From NCBI GenBank assembly GCA_964637135.1, contig CAZWTX010000006.1, positions 1-64,000 of the forward strand: DNA of 64,000 bases, in the 5' to 3' direction. The notes below the pieces were generated by a model, which saw only the letters and a list, made by a program, of their open reading frames with translations, was not told the DNA's origin and did not search any database. The stretch's first letter is position 1; each line of letters starts with the position of its first letter. Positions 19,735 to 28,258 of the stretch are shown one piece after another. A program made the position numbers and the translations under genes. The stretch is from an uncultured Methanospirillum sp. (GTDB lineage: Archaea; Halobacteriota; Methanomicrobia; Methanomicrobiales; Methanospirillaceae).

Positions 19735-20295
19735 ATGAAGGAGGAGAAGAAAGAGATCAACGCGATCGTTCTGGATATTCTGCCGAAAGGCTACCCGGAC
19801 GATCCACGCCCGATTTACAAACGCGATCCCGTGGTTCTCGCTGTCGGTGTTGAGCAGTTCAAGCTTCTTGAGCTGATTCCAAAGACGCTGGATCTCACTA
19901 TCGGAGATCGTGTCTATATCGGGAGTGGTGAACGGGACAAGATCGAACGGGTCAAACGCCGGATGCGGTACGATGAACTGACCCATGGAGCAGTGCAGGA
20001 GCTCCCGTTCGTTCTTGAGAAGATTGTTCATGAACGTGAGAAGGAATTTGTGGATTTTTACAATCGTTCCATCTCAATAACCCCAAAGCTCCACATGCTT
20101 TCACTCCTCCCCGGGATCGGGAAGAAACTGATGTGGGAGATCATTGAGGATCGGAATAAGAAACCCTTCGCCGATTTCGCTGATATATCCCTGAGAATCA
20201 AGTCAATCCCCCATCCCGACAAGATGATCATCAAACGGATCCTTGAGGAACTCTCTGATCCGAATGTCAAGTATCATCTCTTTACCTCCAAATGA
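19735..20295 (+). CDS. DUF655 family predicted RNA-binding protein
   Basis: LD.LP.G, F.LLEL, RVYIG.G.R, LH.LSLLPGIGKK. Confidence 0.9.
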   Translation: MKEEKKEINAIVLDILPKGYPDDPRPIYKRDPVVLAVGVEQFKLLELIPKTLDLTIGDRVYIGSGERDKIERVKRRMRYDELTHGAVQELPFVLEKIVHEREKEFVDFYNRSISITPKLHMLSLLPGIGKKLMWEIIEDRNKKPFADFADISLRIKSIPHPDKMIIKRILEELSDPNVKYHLFTSK

Positions 20296-21058
20296 GGGCA
20301 TACCGGGACCAGCATTTCCTCTCTGATCCTGACGCGATTGAACGGATAGCCGGTCTTCTTCCGCTTGACGGGGCATCAGTCCTTGAGATTGGTCCGGGTC
20401 AGGGAGTCCTTACCCGTGCCCTTCTTGAACATGGTGCAACGGTCACCGCAGTAGAGATTGACTCTGGCCTTGTTTCTGCCCTTTCCCATACTTTTTCCGC
20501 GGATATCACCGCCGGGCAGCTCACCATCATCCCCGGGGATGCAACGAAAGTCGATCTGCCACCGTTCACGTATGCAGTGGCAAACCTCCCGTATTCGATA
20601 TCATCCCCGATCACGTTCCGGCTTCTGGACACCGGGTTTGAAGCTGCTATCCTCATGTATCAGAAGGAGTTTGCAGACCGGATGATGGCCCCGGTAGGAA
20701 CCCGTGATTGTGGCCGGCTCACGGTGATGGTTCAGACCTGCGCACGGGCACGCCGGGTTTTCGATCTCCCTCCCACCTCGTTCTCTCCTCCCCCCGATGT
20801 ATGGTCAANNNNNNNNNNCTGGATTGAGCCCCGCCCCCCCCTCTTCCCGGTTGATGACCAGAAGATGTATGAAAACCTCGTGAGGGTACTCTTCTCACGC
20901 CGGCGGAAGACGGTCCGGAGCATCCTCAAAGGTACCGTAAATGAATTCGGCCAGGATGCAATCGATCGGCTTTTTTTACACCTGGATCCCGAAATTCTTC
21001 AGTCCAGGCCTGAAGCATTATTCCTGGAGGACTATGCGACGATTGCCAATCTCATCAG
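20292..21058 (+). CDS. rsmA: 16S rRNA m6,2A dimethyltransferase (interrupted by assembly gaps; true stop probably lies in the 21059-21068 gap)
   Basis: DQHFL, VLEIGPG.G.LT, VANLPYSISSPI, QKEFA.R, RRK.VR. Confidence 0.93.
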
Positions 21059-21068
21059 NNNNNNNNNN

Positions 21069-21556
21069 GAAGTGGATTTATCAGTGCACACCTCACCCCT
21101 GGCCGTCTCATGGTGGCAACCGAGATAAATCCGCATGCCGCCCTCATGTCCACCCGGGCAGGGGTGAACGTGATCAGGACCGATCTCCTGTCAGGAATCC
21201 GGTGCTTTTTTGATCTGGTCATCTTCAATCCGCCATATCTTCCGACGAAACCCGGTGAACGGATGAATGACTGGCTTGAGTATGCCCTTGACGGGGGGGA
21301 AGACGGCCTCCTCGTCATCAGGCGGTTTCTCCGGGATGTCAGGAGTATTCTCTCCCGGGACGGACGGCTGTTACTCCTTGTCTCCTCCCTGAACGGGTTT
21401 ACAGCCTGTAATAATCTCTTTTCAGAGGCAGGATATGAAGCACAATGCCGTGCTGAAGAAAAAACAGAGGATGGAGAGATACTCAGGGTATACCGGCTTG
21501 TCCAAAAAGCCGGATTCAGTTCAGTTTCAGGATTGGTGAATGACCATCATCCCTGA
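21069..21556 (+). CDS. HemK2/PrmC-like N5-glutamine methyltransferase, 5' end lost in the gap
   Basis: In frame right after the gap: (G)SGFISAHL...VATEINP; FDLVIFNPPYLP; ALDGGEDG. Confidence 0.88.
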
Positions 21557-21959
21557 GGAGAAAGATTCCCCCGATAAAGACCGCGATCAGGATGGCGAGC
21601 CCGGTGGTCTCCACCGGATCAAACTCGGTGAGGTTCATCACAATCACATGCCTGATAAGAGCGGTCAGCCCGGCGATCAGGATTGCCCTGACCGGAACCC
21701 GTCTCGTCCTGAGGTATACCGTGACCGTCTCGAAGAGCTCAACGATGATAACCGTCAGGAGGATCGCGTAGATGACGTTTATTATGCCAATCTCCCAGTT
21801 AGCAGAGCTGAACATGGCGGTGATCGTCAGGAATGTCATCCCGAGCGAGATTATTGCAACGATCGTCAGAAAGAGTGCAACGATGATATAGACGAGAACT
21901 GGAATGGTTCCCATCCAGGCGATCACCCGGTTTGTCCAGATTTCGTATGGATCAGTCAT
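21516..21959 (-). CDS. PsiE-like membrane protein
   Basis: Four TM segments; IIVELFETV..YL and LTALIRHVI motifs. Confidence 0.8.
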   Translation of the reverse strand: MTDPYEIWTNRVIAWMGTIPVLVYIIVALFLTIVAIISLGMTFLTITAMFSSANWEIGIINVIYAILLTVIIVELFETVTVYLRTRRVPVRAILIAGLTALIRHVIVMNLTEFDPVETTGLAILIAVFIGGIFLLRDDGHSPILKLN

Positions 21960-21966
21960 GATTCTC

Positions 21967-22599
21967 CTATTGCATGTTTGTGTATCGTTTCATTATCTCG
22001 TCGATACTGCAGTGCTTGAGTTCAATCAGTGCCGAGATTATAGAATCGGCGAAGATCATCGCGGAGGTCTCAAAGAGGGTACCGAGCGGGGTACTCGGAC
22101 AGCTCGTGGACCGGTGTTCACCCCTGAGCTGGCGGAGGTAGAACTGATCAGGACCGGTATGGCAGCTCTCCTCATCGGTCGTCAGGTACACGACGCAGGT
22201 GGCGATATCGCACAGCCGTGACTGTTTTGTTCCGGTAATGAGACAGATGTTTCCCCCGATCTGTCGTGTGGTCTCGCAGGCTTCAACGATGGATTTGGTC
22301 TTTCCGGATCCTGAAAAAGCGACAAGGGTATCGTTTTTGTGAAAAGCGGGGGTTACGGTCTCACCGACAACATAGGAGGTGAATCCCAGGTGCATGAGCC
22401 GCATGGCGAAGGATTTGGCAACAAAACCGGATCGTCCGGCACCCACGACAAAGACCCGCTCTGCCCTGAGGATCTCGGTAAGGAAACACTCCACCTGGTT
22501 CTGGTCGACTGACCGGGCGACTTCTTCGATCCGTGTTGCCATCAGGATCATGAGTTCACGAAGCGGGTAGCATTCGGTTACGGGGATATCCTGCTGCAT
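21967..22599 (-). CDS. hxlB: 6-phospho-3-hexuloisomerase (SIS domain)
   Basis: VFVVGAGRSG.V...FAMRLMHLG, VGETVTPA, SGSG.T, PLGTLFE. Confidence 0.9.
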   Translation of the reverse strand: MQQDIPVTECYPLRELMILMATRIEEVARSVDQNQVECFLTEILRAERVFVVGAGRSGFVAKSFAMRLMHLGFTSYVVGETVTPAFHKNDTLVAFSGSGKTKSIVEACETTRQIGGNICLITGTKQSRLCDIATCVVYLTTDEESCHTGPDQFYLRQLRGEHRSTSCPSTPLGTLFETSAMIFADSIISALIELKHCSIDEIMKRYTNMQ

Positions 22600-22660
22600 G
22601 AATACGTGATGAATAATCGGTGGCAGGAAGGATAATCCTGCCTCTATGATTCAGGCTGTG

Positions 22661-24148
22661 TCAATGCCTGAAGAATCTGGTTCCGGTGAAGACCATGGCC
22701 ATGTGCCTGCGGTTTGCCTCGGCAATGACCTCGTTGTCACGGATCGATCCTCCCGGCTGGATCAGGGCCGTGGCTCCTGCATCAGCTGCCACCTCAAGGG
22801 TGTCGGCAAAGGGAAGGAATGCATCCGAGGCAACGACTGATCCTGTAAGCGATGCATGTGCCTTACTGATGGCGATTCTCGCACTATCAACCCGGTTCAT
22901 CTGTCCTGCCCCGATCCCGAGCGCCTTCCTGCCATCTGCAAAGATGATCGCGTTGCTTTTGACATGCTTGCAGATCTTCATGGCTAGTTTCATCGAATTT
23001 TCTTCTTCTGCAGTGGGATCGCGGTCTGTGACGACCTCCCACTCTTCCCTGGTGATAGTGGTCCGCTGGACCAGGGCACCACCGTCGATCGTTCTGATCT
23101 CGTCGGCAGGCTTCTCCATCGGGAGGGTGAGAACCCGCATGTTCTCTTTTTTCGCGAGGATCGGAAGGGCATCCGGTGCATACGACGGGGCAATGATCAC
23201 TTCGATGAAGGTGGAAGCGATCTCGGTTGCCAGATCAACCCCTACTTCCCGGTTCACGGAGACGATTCCCCCATAGGCAGACACCGGGTCCACGTCACGG
23301 GCAGCGATGTAAGCCTCAAGAGCGGTGTTTCCGAGTGCCACCCCGCAGGGATTGTTATGCTTCACGATGACCGCGGCACAGGTGTCAAACTCGCGAAGAA
23401 GCCTGACAGCGGCGTCAACGTCGAGGTAATTGTTATATGACATCGCCTTGCCCTGCACGGGAACCGCCCCGCCGATCCCTGATTCGCCGTAAACCGCCGC
23501 CGTCTGATGTGGATTCTCTCCATACCTGAGTTCACGACCATTTCTGAACTGGGCCGAAAATACCTCCGGAAAGGGAGATTCAAGGCTGTAGAGGTAATTG
23601 CTGATCGCCCCGTCATATGCCGCCATCCGTGCAAAGACCTTTCTGGCCAGGCGAAGGCGTTCATCTGAAGTGAGTTCTTTCCGGGTCCGGACCGATTCAA
23701 TGACGGCAGGGTAGTCATCCGGATCGATTACAACAGCCACATCCCGGTAATTCTTTGCCGCCGCACGGATCATTGCCGGCCCGCCGATATCAATGAATTC
23801 GATCAGTTCATCAAGAGGGAGAGCTTGGGATGCCATCTCCTCGAACGGGTAGAGATTAACGACGACGAGATCAATCGGTTCGATTCCGTTCTTCTCCATC
23901 TCGTGCTCATCCTTCCCGCGTCTTCCGAGAATTCCTCCATGAATCCGTGGATGAAGGGTTTTTACCCGCCCGTCCATCATTTCCGGGTGTCCGGTATAGG
24001 TTGAGACCTCGATTATGGGTATTCCTGCATCTGCGAGGGTTTTTGCAGTCCCGCCTGAACTGAGCACCTCAACCCCGGCATCAGCCAGTGCCCGGGCGAG
24101 GTCGATGATCCCGGTTTTGTTCCAGACCGAGAGGAGTGCACGCTTCAT
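22661..24148 (-). CDS. purH: Bifunctional AICAR transformylase/IMP cyclohydrolase (bacterial type)
   Basis: ALLSV.NKTG, GRVKTLHP, IDIGGP, LRYGENPHQ, KHNNPCG, GAGQM.RVDS, SDAF, QPGGS. Confidence 0.97.
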   Translation of the reverse strand: MKRALLSVWNKTGIIDLARALADAGVEVLSSGGTAKTLADAGIPIIEVSTYTGHPEMMDGRVKTLHPRIHGGILGRRGKDEHEMEKNGIEPIDLVVVNLYPFEEMASQALPLDELIEFIDIGGPAMIRAAAKNYRDVAVVIDPDDYPAVIESVRTRKELTSDERLRLARKVFARMAAYDGAISNYLYSLESPFPEVFSAQFRNGRELRYGENPHQTAAVYGESGIGGAVPVQGKAMSYNNYLDVDAAVRLLREFDTCAAVIVKHNNPCGVALGNTALEAYIAARDVDPVSAYGGIVSVNREVGVDLATEIASTFIEVIIAPSYAPDALPILAKKENMRVLTLPMEKPADEIRTIDGGALVQRTTITREEWEVVTDRDPTAEEENSMKLAMKICKHVKSNAIIFADGRKALGIGAGQMNRVDSARIAISKAHASLTGSVVASDAFLPFADTLEVAADAGATALIQPGGSIRDNEVIAEANRRHMAMVFTGTRFFRH

Positions 24149-24203
24149 GCAGATCTGGTAGACCTTCAGGAATTATCAGGGTACCTGTCTGAAAATGAAA
24201 AAA

Positions 24204-25304
24204 TCAGTTCCGCCGGCTGTTCGCCAGCAGGATGGCTGCAAGGAGAGCGGCCGTCACGAGGAATCCGGGAAGGGGCTGGGTCTTTGCGGTGGGTTTTGGC
24301 GGATGGGGGAATTTATCCGATGAACCTTCTGCAGGTTTCGTGTCGAGAGAGATGGTTACACCGGGAGCCGGCTTTTCCGGTGCCACCTGGGTCGGAATCT
24401 CGGTGATCGGTTGAGGCGTCGGTTTCTCGGTTGGAATCTCGGTCGGCTCGGGGGTGGGTGTCTTTGTCTTCTCAGGAGTATCGGTAGGTTCTGCCGTCTC
24501 CTCTTCTTCCTCCTCGTCTTCTTCTGAATCCTTCTTTATCTTATCTTCTGTTTCGGTTTTATCTTCCTTCTTTTTCTCTGGTTTGACCTTGCTCATTGTA
24601 AAGACGATATCATCGGTGTAGGTGGCACCGCTGACTTTATTTGATTCATATATGTTGTTTGCGAGCAGTTTTGCCGAAGCCCGGTATTCACCCTCCTGGT
24701 ATTTCTCCGTATTCTTTGTCTCCCAGATTGCCCCGGTATCATACGGACTGTAGTACACGAAAATATTCTTCAGATTAAAGGTTCCCTGGGGAGAATCGAG
24801 GGTTTCGTAGACCGTATTATTCGGCCCGGTCAGGGTGATCTCGACCGGGACACCGGCGGAACCCGCCCTTTTACTGAGATCGGCCATATTGGTCGATATC
24901 TTAAAAGAGACCAGGCTGCCATGTTTGACCCATTCTTTCTCGTAATCCAGCCCGTTTTCAACCAGGTCAAGCTGAATCCATGGATCTTCAACCTTGAAAA
25001 CCGGTTTCTGGTTGATAAGACCATACCACATCCCGGTATGGGAACTGAAGGACTTGGGGTCAACCGCAAACTGCCTGATATCGGCAACTTTTGCCCGTGC
25101 ATCAGGAATTCCCCCGGGGGATCCCGACTGCCACCAGGCGATCTCATCGCCAGGCCTGACATCGCAGTCTGAAATGTCCAGTTTCTCTTCACCGACAAAT
25201 ATGGTCCCTTCTTTCGGCACCTTGTTATCCACTCCGCTCACGAGCGGAACAAGGAGGAGAATGGTGATCAGGATGATGAAATGGGAACGAAGCTTCATAT
25301 GCAT
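24204..25304 (-). CDS. DUF3821-like surface glycoprotein with PGF-CTERM sorting signal
   Basis: Signal peptide; G.TIFVGEE.LDIS motif; acidic and PT-rich linker; C-terminus LPGF-TM-RRN. Confidence 0.8.
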   Translation of the reverse strand: MHMKLRSHFIILITILLLVPLVSGVDNKVPKEGTIFVGEEKLDISDCDVRPGDEIAWWQSGSPGGIPDARAKVADIRQFAVDPKSFSSHTGMWYGLINQKPVFKVEDPWIQLDLVENGLDYEKEWVKHGSLVSFKISTNMADLSKRAGSAGVPVEITLTGPNNTVYETLDSPQGTFNLKNIFVYYSPYDTGAIWETKNTEKYQEGEYRASAKLLANNIYESNKVSGATYTDDIVFTMSKVKPEKKKEDKTETEDKIKKDSEEDEEEEEETAEPTDTPEKTKTPTPEPTEIPTEKPTPQPITEIPTQVAPEKPAPGVTISLDTKPAEGSSDKFPHPPKPTAKTQPLPGFLVTAALLAAILLANSRRN

Positions 25305-25393
25305 TCGGTACTGGTCTTCCCCGGTGCATTAGACTATGCCCGTCATTCAGTCATCTGAAGGATGATTTGATACCCATGCACCGCGCAAGCTGA

Positions 25394-26632
25394 GGCACGC
25401 AGATCAGTCTTATCATTCTGGCCGGTGTCTTCATCCTGATATCATTCAGGCAGGTAAGTGGATTATCCATCAGAATCTGGCAGATCATGACACTCGGAGC
25501 GTTCGTTGCGCTCCTCTCTGGTTCGATCTCCCCGGGACGTGCCCTCGCCTCAATACAGCCGGATGTGATGCTTTTTCTCCTTGGCATGTTTCTTCTTGGT
25601 GAAGGGGTCCGTCATGCCGGGCTGATTCACATGACTGCCGGATGGATCGGGAAAATGAGCGATCGTCCTGACGTGATTCTGCTGGTTATCATAGTCCTGA
25701 CCGGTTTTGCATCTGCAATCCTGATGAATGATACCATCGCGATCATCGGAACCCCCCTTGTCCTCATACTGGCTGACCGATGCGGTTTGGATCGGAAAAT
25801 GATGCTTCTTGCCCTCTGTTTTGCTCTCACCACGGGGAGTGTCCCAAGTCCGATCGGAAACCCTCAGAATTACCTGATCGCGACATCAATTCCCGGTATT
25901 GAGCCATTCACCCTTTTCCTCTCCGGACTTTTCGTACCAACGGTTTTCAGCATGGTTGTCATCTGGATGATCATGCGGCATGATGGAAACAGGTCAGATT
26001 CGTGCCGTGAATCAGTTGTTCCGGATATTCCCCTGGTTACCGACCGAAGGTCAATTTTTGCGGTTTTTCTGGCGATATTCGTTCTGATCGGACTGATCCT
26101 TATCAGAACTGCGGGAGAGATCACCGGCTATGACTCAGGCATCTCCCTATCCGTGGCAGCTCTTGTCGCTGCTATGGTGGTAATCGCCGGGGCACGGCAG
26201 AGAAGAGAGATTATTGCCGGACTTGACTGGAGGACGCTCATCTTCTTTGCCGCGATGTTTGTCCTCATGCAGAGCGTGTACGATACCGGGGTGTTCTCCG
26301 CGATCAGTTCGCAGTCAGTTCTTTTCTCCCCCTTCATTCTCCTTGGAGGGGGGATCATTCTCTCCCAGCTGATCTCCAACGTTCCGTTTGTGGCGTTATT
26401 TTTACCGGCCATCACGGGAACCGGTCTCTCAGATGAACAGGTTCTTGCCCTTGCCGCAGGGAGTACACTTGCCGGAAATCTGACGATATTGGGCGCAGCA
26501 AGCAATATCATCGTCCTGTCAAGGGCAGAACAACTCGGGATCATCCTGACGCAACGCGAGTTTGTCAGATACGGATTTCCGGTCACCATTATCCAGGCAG
26601 GAATATACTGGATTTTTCTCGGTATTTTTTAA
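25394..26632 (+). CDS. ArsB/NhaD/SLC13-family anion permease (start ambiguous)
   Basis: SA.LMND, GS.PSPIGNPQN..I, SQLISNVP, GSTLAGN.T..GAASNII; the frame stays open upstream of ATG 25487 back to a TGA at 25391. Confidence 0.88.
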   Translation, partial: GTQISLIILAGVFILISFRQVSGLSIRIWQIMTLGAFVALLSGSISPGRALASIQPDVMLFLLGMFLLGEGVRHAGLIHMTAGWIGKMSDRPDVILLVIIVLTGFASAILMNDTIAIIGTPLVLILADRCGLDRKMMLLALCFALTTGSVPSPIGNPQNYLIATSIPGIEPFTLFLSGLFVPTVFSMVVIWMIMRHDGNRSDSCRESVVPDIPLVTDRRSIFAVFLAIFVLIGLILIRTAGEITGYDSGISLSVAALVAAMVVIAGARQRREIIAGLDWRTLIFFAAMFVLMQSVYDTGVFSAISSQSVLFSPFILLGGGIILSQLISNVPFVALFLPAITGTGLSDEQVLALAAGSTLAGNLTILGAASNIIVLSRAEQLGIILTQREFVRYGFPVTIIQAGIYWIFLGIF

Positions 26633-26722
26633 AAGCGATACTATTAAGAAGATATCTCCTGGTATTGCATGGCATATATTTAAGAGCCCCTGGCAGGCAC
26701 CTATCATTTGTCTTACTCATAC

Positions 26723-27157
26723 ATGCCAGGAATATTAATCGTTGATGAGAACCGGGGACAGAGGCATATCCTCCGCAGAATATTCGAGAGTGCCGGGCTC
26801 CCGGTTGCCGGGGAGGCCGGTTCAGGGGGCGAGACACTGACATTTCTCATGAAGAAAAAACCCCTCATGGTCACCCTCGATCTCATCCTTCCTGATATGA
26901 ATGGGATCGATCTCCTCCGGATCATCAGGATGGCTGATCCGGCGATACCGGTCATCATCTGCACCGGTTTCTGGCACGATGATATCCGTGACATGGTGCT
27001 TGGCGAGGGCGCTTCTGCCGCAATACAAAAGCCGGTACATTCCGGGAAATTACTGGAGTCAACTGCAGAACTGCTCCAGTATGGAGAATTCTCCCCGCTC
27101 ATCCCACAGGCATCGTGTGGTATACCCGGATCTACAGATCATCAGGATTTTTTCTGA
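26723..27157 (+). CDS. CheY-like single-domain response regulator
   Basis: ILIVDE, V.GEA.SG, LDLILPDMNG, ICTG, QKP. Confidence 0.88.
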   Translation: MPGILIVDENRGQRHILRRIFESAGLPVAGEAGSGGETLTFLMKKKPLMVTLDLILPDMNGIDLLRIIRMADPAIPVIICTGFWHDDIRDMVLGEGASAAIQKPVHSGKLLESTAELLQYGEFSPLIPQASCGIPGSTDHQDFF

Positions 27158-27523
27158 CAATCGTTCGCGTGGGAACTTCAGCGGTACTCTTCAGGCAGCG
27201 CAGGAAAAAAGTATTGGGGTGTATCCATTGCATTTTGGACAATCTGCCGGCATAGTGGGGAGTGCTGGATGGGGGTTGGCCCGACAGAATGATCCTGGTA
27301 TCTGGTTTCTTCTGGCATGAAATATCCTCTGGCGAGGATGGCTTACCGGATGGGTAGGTAAGGGAACAGAACGTACTCGTTTGTGTTCATCACCTCCGTG
27401 GATGGTGGCAGGCCGTGTGCCTGCGCATGTATAGTTATATTTACATTCTGTTATATCTACTTTCCTATGAGGTAGGTTAATTTGACCTTTTGTCTGAAAT
27501 TATGCACGTAATCTCTCTGGTTA

Positions 27524-27733
27524 TCAGGGATTGCCGGAAGGGTCATCATAGGTGAAGACCTCTTCAATCGTGACCTTGAAGCGGCGAGATATCTTAAAAG
27601 CCAGGTCAAGTGAGGGATCATACTTTCCTTTCTCGATTGCCAGGATGGTCTGCCTTGTTACCCCTACTTCATGGGCAAGATCCTCCTGTGTCAGATCATA
27701 CATCGCACGGAATACCTTGATCTTATTCTTCAT
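27524..27733 (-). CDS. Cro/C1 (XRE) helix-turn-helix transcriptional regulator
   Basis: MKNKIKVFRA..DLTQEDLA..VGVTRQTI.AIEKGKYDPSL.LAFKI. Confidence 0.93.
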   Translation of the reverse strand: MKNKIKVFRAMYDLTQEDLAHEVGVTRQTILAIEKGKYDPSLDLAFKISRRFKVTIEEVFTYDDPSGNP

Positions 27734-28145
27734 CCTCCCCCCCGGCTCCGTATTTACGTTCATACCAGGAGATAGCAAGGACATAGATGATGATCATCAG
27801 GAAGACGACGAATATAAGAAAGAAGGAAAACCTGGCCACCTGATAGGAAAAAGGTCCGAATATCTCGCTTCTCAGGCTGATTACCACCCCGCCAAGAGAA
27901 TATGCAAAGAGAAGAACCGCAACGATCTGCAATGTCCGCAGGGATGCTTTCTCGATGATCAGATGGGTCCGTTCATCTGAGACGATCTCGTCCACGAGTT
28001 GCCTGCTTATCCATGCAGCCAGTCCGCCAATAACAACGGCTCCACACATTACCAGAGGTTCGAGGTTTTCTATTGACCAGAGAAAGATACCCACTTCGAT
28101 ACAGGCGATCACGCCAAGGAGAAGGAAATATGTGTGTTGCTTCAT
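27723..28145 (-). CDS. DUF2178-like membrane protein
   Basis: Four TM segments with DER...I.EKAS motif; overlaps the start of the XRE gene, a common pairing. Confidence 0.82.
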   Translation of the reverse strand: MKQHTYFLLLGVIACIEVGIFLWSIENLEPLVMCGAVVIGGLAAWISRQLVDEIVSDERTHLIIEKASLRTLQIVAVLLFAYSLGGVVISLRSEIFGPFSYQVARFSFFLIFVVFLMIIIYVLAISWYERKYGAGGEDEE

Positions 28146-28258
28146 AATGGATTGTAACGGATCAGTATAACCATCCAATCCTGATAAGTATGATCTTGAG
28201 ACATCATGAAATAACGGGGTTTTCCCGTGCAGGTCGTTGATTAAGAGCAGGAACGGGT

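Noticed and set aside
20809..21128. Apparent C-terminal extension of RsmA and N-truncated HemK
   Set aside because: Artefact of 10-N scaffold gaps (20809-20818, 21059-21068). The second gap evidently hides the rsmA stop and the HemK N-terminus, so this is neither a fusion nor a pseudogene.
10425..24148. Bacterial-type purN/purH and the trmY-pus10 adjacency
   Set aside because: Known features of Methanomicrobia and euryarchaeal genomes; not novel.
24400..24590. Low-complexity repeats in the DUF3821 gene
   Set aside because: They encode an ordinary Glu/Lys-rich and Pro/Thr linker, not a DNA repeat element.
25391..25393. Selenocysteine reading of the in-frame TGA
   Set aside because: The position is in a non-catalytic N-terminal tail of a transporter and no SECIS-like element was recognised.
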